NCBI RefSeq assembly: GCF_001194135.2
Contig: NC_068987.1
Location: forward strand, 66,529,560 to 66,562,340
DNA from: Octopus bimaculoides
Taxonomy: Eukaryota
DNA: 32,781 nt
Reading direction: 5' to 3'
This document shows positions 11,072 to 23,580 of this stretch, piece by piece (positions within the stretch are counted from its first letter, which is position 1; each line of letters opens with the position of its first letter). Made by a program: the position numbers and the translations under genes. Below the pieces are notes generated by a model, which saw only the letters and a list, made by a program, of their open reading frames with translations, was not told the origin of the DNA and did not search any database.

Positions 11072-12990
11072 ACTCCAGCGTGTTAACAACAAACAAGATG
11101 AAGACAGATATCCATCAAATGTAAATAATGTAAATAATGGGCAAAGGTATCATCTTGCAGAATTCCACTCTGAGATGTGAAGCCAGTGGAATGATTTCGA
11201 TGTTCATAAAGACATCTAACTGCTGATGTTAACATCGATAGTATCCTTGGTCTTTCAAGAATCGTATACATTGGGATTCTGTTGACGCTTTCAAAGTCTA
11301 TAAACAGGGCAACTATTGGCAGACATTCCTCAAAGCGGGTCTCCAGTATTCTCTTTAACGTTTGAATTTTGTTCAATACAGCTACAGTTCTCTCTAAAGC
11401 CACTGTAGTAGACATTTATATCTTCATCTATATTGGCGATTGAACAGAAGCCTATCAAACAGCTTTGCACCACGATTCATGAGATTTATTCCCCGGTGCT
11501 TGGACATCTATCGCAGATCACCTTTCTTTGTGAGTGGTACTATGATTGATGACCCCAATTTAATAGGTGGCGCGCTAGTTAAGAGCGCCTTGTTGAATAT
11601 GTCAATGAATGTTGCTTTGGGTGCTTCTACTCCATACTTGAGTGATTCGTTTACTAGACAGCTTTGCAGCAGCTGTTTTCTCATTTAATAACTCTTTGAG
11701 TATGACAAGCAGATGTGTCATCTCGAAATGTTCGGTGGACACTTGTTGTGCATTGTTGTACCCTAAGAAGCAGTGTGATATCTCTTCGGTTTGTGTTCTC
11801 TTACGTGATAATTACTTTGCAACGTATTTGTTTCATGCTTCAAGCTTATCCTTCTCGTAATTGATGAGATTTCCATGCTCATTACAAACTTGTTGAATAC
11901 CTTGCTGTCGGTTTCCTTTCTTCAGCTTCTTTACCACTCTATAAGCCTTTTGTGTTGGCAGGTCATGCTAAAGGATTCAATTTTCTTGCAGATACTTATC
12001 ATGTGTCATTATCTGTCTTGCTTATAAGATTCATTAACTAAATGATCACATTGTTGACGTCTCTTTGAAATCCATTCTCTTTGAGGTATCATTGCGATTA
12101 TCTGTCAGTTTCAATGTGGCTTCTGAAATCCGCGGTGAGATTTTACTATTAGGATTGCGTCTGCCAATTGTTTCCTATGTGGCTTTTGTGATGGCTGACG
12201 TTAAGATATTGATCATTTCGTCGACGCTTATATCAATATTGCTAACGAGATTCTCAGACAGAGCAACGTTTAGTTTGATTTGGGAATGTTTGTTCTTTTC
12301 TCATTGTCATTTGGCAATATAATCCAGCTAAATACCGTACGCCTCTTGAATTTTGGTGCTTCTCTACTAAATTTCAATCGGAAGTGGCTGGAAAAACAAT
12401 TCTAGGATCAGAATTTGGCTCCACTGTTGAGAATGCGCGACAGTTACTGAACGATGCCATCCACTTCACTGTCAGAGCAATATGTTCTAAATCCCTTTTA
12501 CACCCGTTGGGATGCATTCAAATCCCGTTTCTGTTGTTCTTGTACCTGAAATAGGATTACAAGTCCTTCAGGTTGCTGGATGAACAGAAGTTAGCATATA
12601 TGCTCCCATTATCGTTTGAAACCTTGTGATATGTATATTTTCCGACTGCTGAATCTTGACTATCGTACCAATTTGTGTATTCATATCCCCGAGGAAGAGT
12701 ACTATGACATGCTTAGGGCAAGTAAGTTTCGCACGCCTCTATAATCTGGTGGTACAGTCGGTCTTTATCTTCAACATCTGCAATTTCTGTTGGCGCGTAA
12801 CTTGCACATTTGCAGTCGCAGATTTCCTTGAATAGTTGCCTAAACAGTTCGACCACTATAGTTTTTATCTGATGATATGAAATTATAAAGGTGCTTATGG
12901 ACAAGAATTCCAACTCCACCATTACCTCTTGCATCTGCATTAAAATAACACAGCATACATGTTCCATCTTTAGTGTCTGAGTGTACATAG
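11072..12990 (-). mobile_element. RTE-like LINE remnant: APE endonuclease plus N-terminal reverse transcriptase, many stops and frameshifts
   Basis: Minus-strand motifs in order: GGVGILVHKH, SYAPTEIADVEDKDRLY, GDMNTQIG (APE); IIVPLTKKGDL..HRGINLMNRGAKLFDRLLFNR, ALFIDFESVNR, SGILQDDTFAHYL (RT). Breaks off before the YADD motif. Confidence 0.9.
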
Positions 12991-13769
12991 TGTTTAAGTC
13001 TTCTTATATACACACACGCACACTCACGTACACGCACGCGCGCGCACACACACTCAAACATATAGATATATACAAGCATATTTGTGTATATGTGTGTGCA
13101 TATGTGTCTATCTATATATGATCTATTCATTCATCGACGTTTCCGTTTTTCTTCAACAGCCATCGGAAGTTTATTATAACTACCTGCATACTACAAATGT
13201 TGTTCAAAGTGTGCCATGACTGTTTTTCTATAGACGTATTTTCTTGTTTAGAAATCACTTCTTATTTTGACCACACAAGATAATTTGCATATTCTTTTAG
13301 ACTCAAGTATATTGAATTAATTCAATGTTTAGCAAGCAAAATATCTTTTAATGTTAGTTCATTCACATTGGTCACATATGCAGCGATCAGATTACATACT
13401 TTTTAAAGCCAGTATCTGATTACTTCAATTTAGCTGTCCTTATAAAATATCAGTAAATTTTAATTATGATTTCTATTGGAGGGGGACATTTTTCCTGTTA
13501 CTCATCGTTTTAGAAAATATGTCACGTGTGTATCGTATTTGCTGTTCCCTTTCTCCTTTTTTATTTGTTTACGCCTTCATCAATATTTGCATTTTGCTTC
13601 TTTCTCTGGTATTTTGTTTACCTGTTCAACGCATAACTTGTTGAATTCTACTAATTAACCTGTGTGTGTACTTTTTGTGCTGTATGTGAAGCCCTAATTT
13701 TACGCTGTGGAATAATATTTGCGATATTATTTTCGTTTTGATTCCGAGAAGTTTACTGTGGAAAAGTGT

Positions 13770-14468
<699 letters not shown>

Positions 14469-16654
14469 ATATTATGCGGGCATCTGAATGTTGTGTCTAT
14501 CAACTTTTAAATAATGTCGTGTAAAGAGAGAGATGCGTTACCTCATATGATATCATGTTTCAAATGTCATCTAATTTCAAATCAATTGTAGTGAATACTT
14601 AAGTTACTACAAGCACGGTGGATTATCCATCACACTTTAGACTTTACTGTCGATTGCTCTAATAGAAAATATATTTCACATGTAGTTCATCAATATTTTC
14701 TCGTTAGCTTGACATGCTGTATATGATCTAAGAATGATATTGAAATATTTATTCAAATACTTACCTGTAAATATAATTCTGTCGTGTTTGATTTGCAGAA
14801 TTGTCTTTCATTGACAGTCGGGACCTATCAGACAGTTGGAAACTTCAAAGTAACTTTGTGAGACTTTTACAGACACATCTGCTATAGAGGAATACTGAAC
14901 CTGTCTCCTACTAGCATTAAAGAGCAGAAGGTTTCCAGCAAACACTATAGGCACCTAAAGACATTTGGATGCTTTGCATGCTACTCGAAAGGGAAGATCA
15001 TAGTTGATAGTTGCACCTAGCACCAACGACTAAACGTCTGAATCTGGGAAAGTAGTCTGTACTTAAATCAAGACATTCCAAAATGTCTGGATCCGAATAG
15101 GGACTCCAACTTTGAGAGGTGCCCACCTCGTCGCTGTTGAAAATGGGTGTGAAGAGTCATGCTTCGGAATTAGTTGCATGATTGATGGCCACCACATCTA
15201 TAAATTGTAACATGAGATGTGGTAACTAGATCAGGTAGCATGATCCCACATGCAATCACGCTGCTTATACTGAGTAAGGTCATGTTGGATGAAAGGTGGG
15301 GAATTAAGTGCAACTAATAGCATTATTTCTATGGAACAGAAGCTTATCTACCCTTCTGGTTAGTTGTGGGCGTTTCCACTTGTAGTCTTTTGTTTATGGC
15401 CTCTCGGACTCCACCACCATCTCCTCGCCATATTTTCTATTTAGTTTATTGTCGGTTTATTGTGTTGTATATTAGGTGTGTATCTGTGTTTTATGTTATT
15501 TATTGGTGTGATTAAATCGTTGTTTCTACATTTTATGGGTTGGTATTATATAACACATTAATTTTGTTTTTACTTATATCTAAGAACCTATAATTTATGT
15601 TTTCTTGAGCGAGTTGTTCGTGTTGGTTTAGTTGTAAACTGATTCTTGGTACGTTGTTAAGAATGTTTGTAATGGTAGTTATGGTGATGATAGTGGTGGT
15701 GCTAGAGGCGGTGTTGATATTACTGGTATTGTTGTTATTGAAGAGGAATGTTTTGATATACCGCTATTTACTTTCATCTCTCATATACCCTATAAATAAG
15801 CACCACTTATGTTAAAATAGATTTTCCTTGTTTCCGCTTCTTTCTACTGAGTAGTCTTTGCCATTTAGTGTTTTCTTCGTTAATTCTGTCACACAAAGTT
15901 ATCTGAAATGCAAAGAGGCATGACTTGGAAGAGGGATGTAGTGTTCTTCTATTGTTGTTCTATATTTTGTTGTTTAGGGACCCTCTGTTGCTGTTCTTTG
16001 TGCTGACCCTGGTAATATGGAAACTTTTGAGGTAAATGCTCGTTTGTTGTGGCTCTTGCTCTAATAGGCAACCTCATCTCTAATAGTTATCGTTTTATTC
16101 TTCTTGTCAGATATCATAGAACTTCCATACAGACACATTCGTCCTGTATTTTTTGTGTTGCAATGTGTCCTTACATTCTGCCTATATATTTTTCTTGTCT
16201 GGATGAAATGAAAAAGGTTGTTGTATGCTTGGTCAGCTATATAAAATTGTTCTCTTCTCACAGGTCTCTGATCATAGATATAGAATAATATCACTTGTCC
16301 AAAATGCATATTTTGCCAGGCGTTGGATCTTTCAGCAAAATGTTCCATATTTAGCGAGAATGTTTGAAAGAATTGGCAAGACACATTCCTTGACAAGCCG
16401 TGCTTATTCCCCAAGCGATGCCTTCTTTCAATCTGTTATTGACAAGATGTCGGTTTAGTTAAATACGCTTTCATTTACGTCGAACATGTTATTCATATTT
16501 TGTGTTTGAATTAAATTAACATCGTCTACTTTTATCTTGCTTTGCTTCCTTTTCAGGGTGTGAAATGTATTAATTCATATATTTTCAGTTTTACTTTGGG
16601 TGGCATGACGATGAATCTTCGTGGCTATAATTTTTTTCGGTGGTGGAGGAGGAA

Positions 16655-16867
16655 AAAATCCTTTCTACTATAGAGAGTAGCATGAATGCTGTGGGGAGCA
16701 GACTGGTCGATTGTATTGACTCTAATACATAACTGGTATTTATTTTATCAACATGAAAGGTTGAAAGGAAAATTCCTCAGCCGAATTTGAACTCAGAACG
16801 TAAAGATGGACGAGAAGCCGCTCAGAATTTTGCGAACGTGCTAACAATTCTGCTAGCTCAACGCCTC
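16655..16867 (-). mobile_element. Family B SINE, diverged
   Basis: GAATTTGAACTCAGAACGTAAAGATGGACGA...GTGCTAACAATTCTGCTAGCTCAACGCC. The head abuts (TAA)n. Confidence 0.85.
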
Positions 16868-16927
<60 letters not shown>

Positions 16928-17125
16928 GACGAAGAAGAAGGAGGAGGAGGAGGAGGAGGAGGAGGAGGAGGAGAAGAAGAAGAAGAAGAAGAAGAAGAAG
17001 AAGAAGAAGAAGAAGAAGAAGAAGAAGAAGAAGAAGAAGAAGAAGAAGAAGAAGAAGAAGAAGAAGAATAACAACAACAACAACAACAGCAACAACAACA
17101 ACAGCAACAACAATAACAACAAAAA
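16868..17125. repeat. Compound trinucleotide microsatellite (TAA)n(GAA)(GGA)n(GAA)n(AAC)n
   Basis: Direct inspection. Confidence 0.97.
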
Positions 17126-18036
17126 TAAAGGCAACATAAATTAGAAGCTAATTCCATTCGGAATATTTCCAGACCTGTTTTTCAGAACCTCACTTTACCT
17201 CAACAGAAGTTAAGTATTCCTAAATCCATCATTATTATTGTGAGTAAAGACTTTGAAAAAGAAATAGATGTTTTTACAATCACGCCAAAGTTACGATCAT
17301 TGAAAGGAAAAAAAGGAAATTTAATGAAATATTTATAAAAAGAAAAACAAAAAGAAACCAGCTTAAATTTTTATCGATAATAATTATGTTGATCGTGAAG
17401 ATGTTTATTTCAAATTCATGTCGATCGGTGCTTATTTCTTGCGGCGTTGCTGCTTAGTGCAAGCGTAGCCTAAACGCATAGGTCATCCAGCATTACCTAT
17501 CGCTTCTTATTAAGGTTATATCAAGGACTACTCCAACCTTACGTAAGTGATGATGGAATGATTTCAGTTATATTTCGTTGTTATTTCATACTGCTTTGAC
17601 ATGTCCTGATACACATGCATTAACGATTGCATGTTATGTCCTAAGAACACACATACAAGAAAAGCCACAGATAGAAACAAACACAGGCACATGTATCTAT
17701 CAGTTGGTAGTAATGAACAGACGGAGAAGTACTGTATACAAAATTAGAGTGCAATGTTTTATACAAATCATTTCAATGGTCCATTACTCTGGAGAAGCTC
17801 TGACAAGTATTAAGTTAATCAATCAGAAAAGAGACAAAAAAATTCATTCTGCAGCTGTTACCCTAACTTGTAGTTGATTCTACAGAACGAAAATTATTTC
17901 CCTCTCTCGTCGCTATATATATATGTATATATATATATATATATATATNNNNNNNNNNNNNNNNNNNNNNNNNNNNNNNNNNNNNNNNNNNNNNNNNNNN
18001 NNNNNNNNNNNNNNNNNNNNNNNNNNNNNNNNNNNN

Positions 18037-18185
18037 TATATATGTATGTATGTATGTATGTACGTATGTATGTATGTATGAATGTATGTATGTATGCATG
18101 TATGTATGTATGTATGTATGTATGTAGGTAGGTAGGTATGTAGGTAGGTAGGTAGGTAGGTAGGTAGGTAGGTAGGTAGGTAGGT
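18037..18185. repeat. (TATG)n grading into (TAGG)n
   Basis: Direct inspection. Confidence 0.95.
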
Positions 18186-18627
18186 ACAGATTCTTGTTCA
18201 CCATGGAGATTTGCAGACTGTAGTAGAGTTGAAATAAACTTACATTCACATGGATACACATATAATGAAAATGATCCGTTAACTGCGTGCGCATGTACAC
18301 ATATCGCGAAGGAAAATGGAATATCCAACAGTGCATAGAATAGATTTCATTCATGCATTAGAAAGTTTAGCAGATGGCAGTGATTGTCAGATTCCTCTTC
18401 GAGTATTTATGCTGATATTACCTGAAGAATGTGGCGTGATATTTTAAACGAAAGAAAAATACTTTCGCAATTTTTTTTAGATCTGGCTTTGAGCTGCTGG
18501 TTGAAGTGGTTGGCCTGGTGACGGTGTGGGGAGTTATGTGTGGATAAATGTAATGGTAGTCGGGTGAGTATATGTGAGATGGGTTGACGTAGAAACATGC
18601 TTAGACATTCCCATAGACAATGGCATA

Positions 18628-18800
18628 TATTGGTTTCAAAGTTTGGCGCAAGGCCAGTAACTGATCCATGTTTATCGACCCTGAAAAGATTAGAGGCAAA
18701 GTTGATCTCGATGGAAAGTGATATCAGAACGTAATGACGGAGGAAATGCATCTGAGCATTTTCTAGATCTGCAAACGATTCTGCAAGTTCGCCGCCTTAC
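18628..18800 (-). mobile_element. Family B SINE, diverged with an internal deletion
   Basis: TTTATCGACCCTGAAAAGATTAGAGGCAAAGTTGATCTCG...CAGAACGTAATGACGGA...AACGATTCTGCAAGTTCGCCGCC. Confidence 0.8.
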
Positions 18801-18964
18801 ACAGATGAATATACTAAGATACATATACATAAACACTAATTGTACATACGAATTTTATATAAATACACTTAGCCACACTCACACGCAAACATAGTAATGC
18901 GCATGCATGCATTCATACATACATAAATACATATATACATATATACATACATACATTCACGCAC

Positions 18965-19015
<51 letters not shown>

Positions 19016-19213
19016 ACTTCATATAATCAGAATACATGAGATGATGTTTTCTTTAAAAATATTTATGTTTTTGTTTATAGATGTTTGTGTGGGAAATAGT
19101 GTAATTGTGTGTGTGATTTATTTACCTGCATGTTTATGTGTATACATATGGGTAAATATATGTATATGTACATACATACATGCACACATACGCGTGCACA
19201 CGCACACACGTAC

Positions 19214-19244
<31 letters not shown>

Positions 19245-20191
19245 CATACATACATGCATACATACATATATCCAGGGCTGGAATCTCTGCAGCGAATATC
19301 TGCTATAAGAGTTTTACGGAGGTGGTAAGGCAAATAAACACAGGTAAGCTTCAGATGTAGATTTCCATGGAGAGAGAAAATACAGATTACAGACTAAAGA
19401 GAAAGATAGCAAAAGAAAGAAAAAAGAATGATGTAAAGTCTTATCTCGACAGCTGTCTGCAGATGTACATAACTTACATAATAGCCTTATTCATATGTAA
19501 TATATGAATGATGTCATAAGTGTGTGTTCTGCAACAAGTCATGATGAAATTGTAAAAGGTAATTAAGTGTCCCTTTTCAAGAGCAAGACATTTCCCACCT
19601 TGCTCTTCAAAAAGTGTGTCTCTCACTACCTGGCGATATACCTTGTCGGATATTCATTGCATCATATAAGTGCTTCAGAAATTTCATCTAATTTTCATAC
19701 CAATCAAAATTCCAATTCGATCTCCTATATCTGCTCGAAAAACTATTTACGAAAATATTGAATGATTTCCTCAAGTTACTTAGTGAAGTGGGAAAACATG
19801 TTGTACTATATATATCGCTAGGCCTTTATGCCGGTCATAATACAAATAAAGCCCTTTTCTCCTTCATTTGCAGCTAAATCTGTCTGACAATGTTTCTCAT
19901 CTACCAGTGCTTAATTTTCCGAACGTAAATTCTTAAATTCACGAGATTCACCCACTCATTATTTCATCTCTAACTGGAGAGTGTGTCGCACTGACAAAAC
20001 TCAGACGTTACTAAGAAATAAGTTCAATAGATATATTTACTTTAATAATGTGTCTCGGTTGTTTATAAACGATGGTAGGGCATTTTATATTGAGTTCTAT
20101 ATACTCAAAATGATTGTAAACACATGTTTGTTCTTTTATTTGCATATTGGATTTTAGCACTTTTACACTAATAAATGAGCACCTACGCTCT

Positions 20192-20194
<3 letters not shown>

Positions 20195-20249
<55 letters not shown>

Positions 20250-20270
20250 GTCTGTCTGTCTGTCTGTCGT
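20195..20270. repeat. (TATC)n(TGTC)n microsatellite
   Basis: Direct inspection. Confidence 0.95.
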
Positions 20271-20350
20271 CTGCCTGTTTCTCTACCATTCTGTGTCACT
20301 CTCTCGTTTTTAACTCTCTCTGACTGACTTTGTGTATGTGTGTATATATA

Positions 20351-20389
<39 letters not shown>

Positions 20390-20555
20390 NNNNNNNNNNN
20401 NNNNNNNNNNNNNNNNNNNNNNNNNNNNNNNNNNNNNNNNNNNNNNNNNNNNNNNNNNNNNNNNNNNNNNNNNNNNNNNNNNNNNNNNNNNNNNNNNNNN
20501 NNNNNNNNNNNNNNNNNNNNNNNNNNNNNNNNNNNNNNNNNNNNNNNNNNNNNNN

Positions 20556-20595
<40 letters not shown>

Positions 20596-21339
20596 CAAAA
20601 TCTATAGGGGTCACAAGGGTGAGGGAGGGTATTTCTAGCGCCGCTAGTACCCTCTGTCACTTTTTGTGTATGTGCGAGGATGTATTTACATATGAATATA
20701 TAAATCTAAGTACATAGAAACAAAGCACAACGCGGTACGTGCTTCGTTTTTGATTCGCATTCATTTGTCGATGATAATATATATTGTTATTTTGCTGGCG
20801 ACTAACTCTTCTTTTCTTATTTAAGCCAAAGCAAACAATTCCATTAATGACATAACGGTCTTTTTGGTGTTCAAATATAGCACTGGCAAATTATGTTCTT
20901 TGTCAATGCTCTAGGAGACAATTTAAACCGCAGCTACAAGAGACACTTGGTAACTTTGGCATTAATCGACGCGAAAGCAAATATATTGACAATAACCAGC
21001 GATGACGTTCAAGATATCCGTCAGACAATTCAAGAAAATCTGATCGTTATAATATTGCACTGACAAATTGTTATTAGGCTTGCAGTATATTGGCTTTATA
21101 AGTTTAGCTTACAAGCCTGTTTGAATGGTAACGTAACTATGCGTAGCTATGTGTGAATGCATACAAACACGCTCGCTTACAAATATATGTATGTATCTGT
21201 GAAAAGATGTATAGAGATATGTGAATATATATATACATATATTATTTCTTTAAAGGACGCAATACATGCCTTTAAGTGCTATGTTGAGAAATATCTCAAT
21301 CATATTCCTCAGGCACAAGTCACATATCATAACGAACTA

Positions 21340-21545
21340 TGATTTTAATTCCTAGACCGGACGGTGCGTTGTGTTCTTGGGCAACACCATTCATCTCACA
21401 ATGCTCTCCGATCACTTAGACACCTAACACGTGGTAAACAATGCACCTGTTCAGACAAAGTCAATTTGATGAAGTGAGTCAGCTAAAGTGTAGTACGAAA
21501 TTTGATAACTATAAAGAAAATCATTTGAGCAGGTCGTTCAGAAAA
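21340..21545 (+). mobile_element. Third SINE-like element (family C), CORE/Meta-like head
   Basis: GACCGGACGGTGCGTTGTGTTCTTGGGCAACAC resembles the GTGTCCTTG.GCAAGACAC SINE central motif. Family identity is from recollection only. Confidence 0.55.
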
Positions 21546-21579
21546 CCTCAATACTCATTCCTTGTTTTCGACGGGAAGT

Positions 21580-21658
<79 letters not shown>

Positions 21659-22046
21659 GTAGATACATACATTTATATACACACATATATATATACATTT
21701 GTATATATGTGTGTATGTATATATATATATGTATATATATGTATATATATATATATATATAGACGGTGTGATAGGCAAGTTGTTGCCATTTTATATATTT
21801 AACTTCGCGCATGTGCATTATTTTGTTATTTTTTTCCATTTTGTCGACTACACAGTACAGGAGAGTCGGTTGGGCACAGTCTGTGAGAAAAACAGCACCA
21901 TGACGCAATTCACTCTGTAAGACATTTTCCATTTTACTGTCTCTCTCTTTCTCTTTTCCTACGTAGAGGCACAGTAGGTAGTAGTAAATCTGAAAGAATA
22001 ATGTTTATGGGTGCAGAGAAATATTTGGTTCTGAAGTTTGATGGTT

Positions 22047-22077
<31 letters not shown>

Positions 22078-22154
22078 AAGAAGAAGAAGAAGAAGAAGAA
22101 GAAGAAGAAGAAGAAGAAGAAGAAGAAGAAGAAGAAGGGGAATAATAATAATAA

Positions 22155-22185
<31 letters not shown>

Positions 22186-22226
22186 AAGAAGAAGATGAAG
22201 AAGAAGAAGAAGAAGAAGCAGAAGTG

Positions 22227-22314
<88 letters not shown>

Positions 22315-22333
22315 AAGAAGAAGAAGAAGAAGA
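22047..22333. repeat. Alternating (AAG)n/(AAT)n compound microsatellite
   Basis: Direct inspection. Confidence 0.97.
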
Positions 22334-22334
22334 C

Positions 22335-22582
22335 AGGAGTGGTATGTCCCAGTAGTTGTGGCTGTCCATGAAATCTGCTTTAATGGTCGAGTGACCCGTA
22401 TGTTAATCTGTATGTACGGTCAGACTGTTTTTAGTTTGACCAATATATTGCTACCTACACCCTGAGCATGTTAAGACACATATCAGGTTTTCCGAAGTCG
22501 TTTTTCACATGTGAAGATATTTTTCATTATGGAACCTTGACCCTGTTTGAAGAACCTCAATTAGGTTGACACGTATACCACA
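22335..22582 (-). mobile_element. Penelope-like element GIY-YIG endonuclease remnant
   Basis: The minus strand translates as ...KNIFTC / SENLICVLTCSGCR*QYIGQTKNSLTVH (YIG codons 22439-22447). This fits the Penelope NxIYxxxCxxCxxxYIGQT pattern. Confidence 0.8.
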
Positions 22583-23270
22583 CCCCTTTTGCATCTCCAG
22601 ATACTGAGTCCATCACCTTTCCTGCACATGAAACGACTTTGGCCTCCTTTGGAGCAGGTAAGGAGGTGTTTTTCCCCTGCATGGATTGAATCTTTGTTTC
22701 TAGCTCAAAGTGATAAAACTAACATACATCCTGGGTAAAGAAACTTTCGAGAAAACCAGTTGGGTTTACCTCAAACAGTGTCAGATTTTCCCGAGATGTC
22801 ATTAACCACGAGCGCTTTTCAACAGGTGTCATAAGACGTGGCATCTACCGAGCAGACTCTTTCGTCATGACAACTTCATTGTACAGAATATTCTCAGCTC
22901 TCTTAGGGGATATACTAATACCATTGGCTATAAATCAAATAGCCAATGGCTATTTGATTTATAAGCAATCAGCTGTCATCCATCAACATGTGTTGGACAG
23001 TCAGTGTGTTACTCGGTGGGAGCAGTTTCAGACTCGTCGTCTTCAAGACTCGTCGTCTTCAAGACCCGTCGTCTTCAAGACTCGTCGTCTTCAAGACTCG
23101 TCGTTCCCCTCCTAAATTCAGCAGCCTACTTTTGCAAGTTTGATTTTCAAAAGAAGTTTCTACTAGTTAATTTTGAAGTTTTCTTTGAAAAGTCAGATAC
23201 CAGTTTACTTGGAAAGAAACAAAGCGATTGAAGCGAATATCTTACGATAATTCTGCTTGTCACTGAGTTA
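22583..23270 (-). mobile_element. Mariner transposase fragment (HTH end, WVPxxL linker, first catalytic Asp region)
   Basis: The minus strand gives QK*AAEFRRG..SLEDD, then NILYNEVVMTKESAR*MPRLMTP (WVPRLL equivalent), then RENLTLFEVNPTGFLESFFTQDVC*FYHFELETKIQSMQGK...KVVSCAGKVMDSVSGDAKG. It stops before the second and third catalytic Asp. Confidence 0.9.
23031..23104. repeat. 16-bp tandem repeat GACTCGTCGTCTTCAA x~4.6
   Basis: Four full units (one with a T>C change) plus a partial unit. Confidence 0.97.
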
Positions 23271-23282
23271 CTTAGCCCGTCG

Positions 23283-23580
23283 GTAACGCTTTCACGTGAT
23301 TAGAGAAAAAGAGGGAGAAACAAAAGAGTGATATAGAAAAAGAGGGAGGGAGAAAAAGAGAGAAAAAAGCGTCCATGAAATGAGGTAGAGGGAATGTAAT
23401 TGTAACGCTTTCACGTTATTAGTTCAATGAAAAGAGAGGAGAAAGAAAAAGGAGAGAGAAAAGGGGGAAAAGGCCAAGAGTCAGACACAAAGAGGGAGAA
23501 AGAAAGAGACAGAGTGAATGATGAAGAAAGAAAAGAGGGAGGCAAAAGCGTCCGTGACGTGAGGTAGGGGGAACATAATA
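23283..23580. repeat. Two-copy tandem repeat with conserved anchors and a variable GA-rich spacer
   Basis: GTAACGCTTTCACGT(G/T)ATTAG at 23283 and 23402. AAAAGCGTCC(A/G)TGA..TGAGGTAG closes each copy. Confidence 0.75.

Noticed and set aside
11440-11860. Plus-strand ORFs of 82 and 72 aa
   Set aside because: They are antisense shadows of the minus-strand RTE reverse transcriptase.
14765-14824. Minus-strand CAG|GTAAGT donor at 14765 with a possible 60-nt exon
   Set aside because: The acceptor is weak, the peptide is unrecognised, and it overlaps a competing plus-strand candidate.
23031-23104. CRISPR-like appearance of the 16-bp repeats (also the 30-bp repeats at 8684-8770)
   Set aside because: There are no unique spacers and no cas genes, and the context is eukaryotic. 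Both are plain tandem repeats inside transposons.
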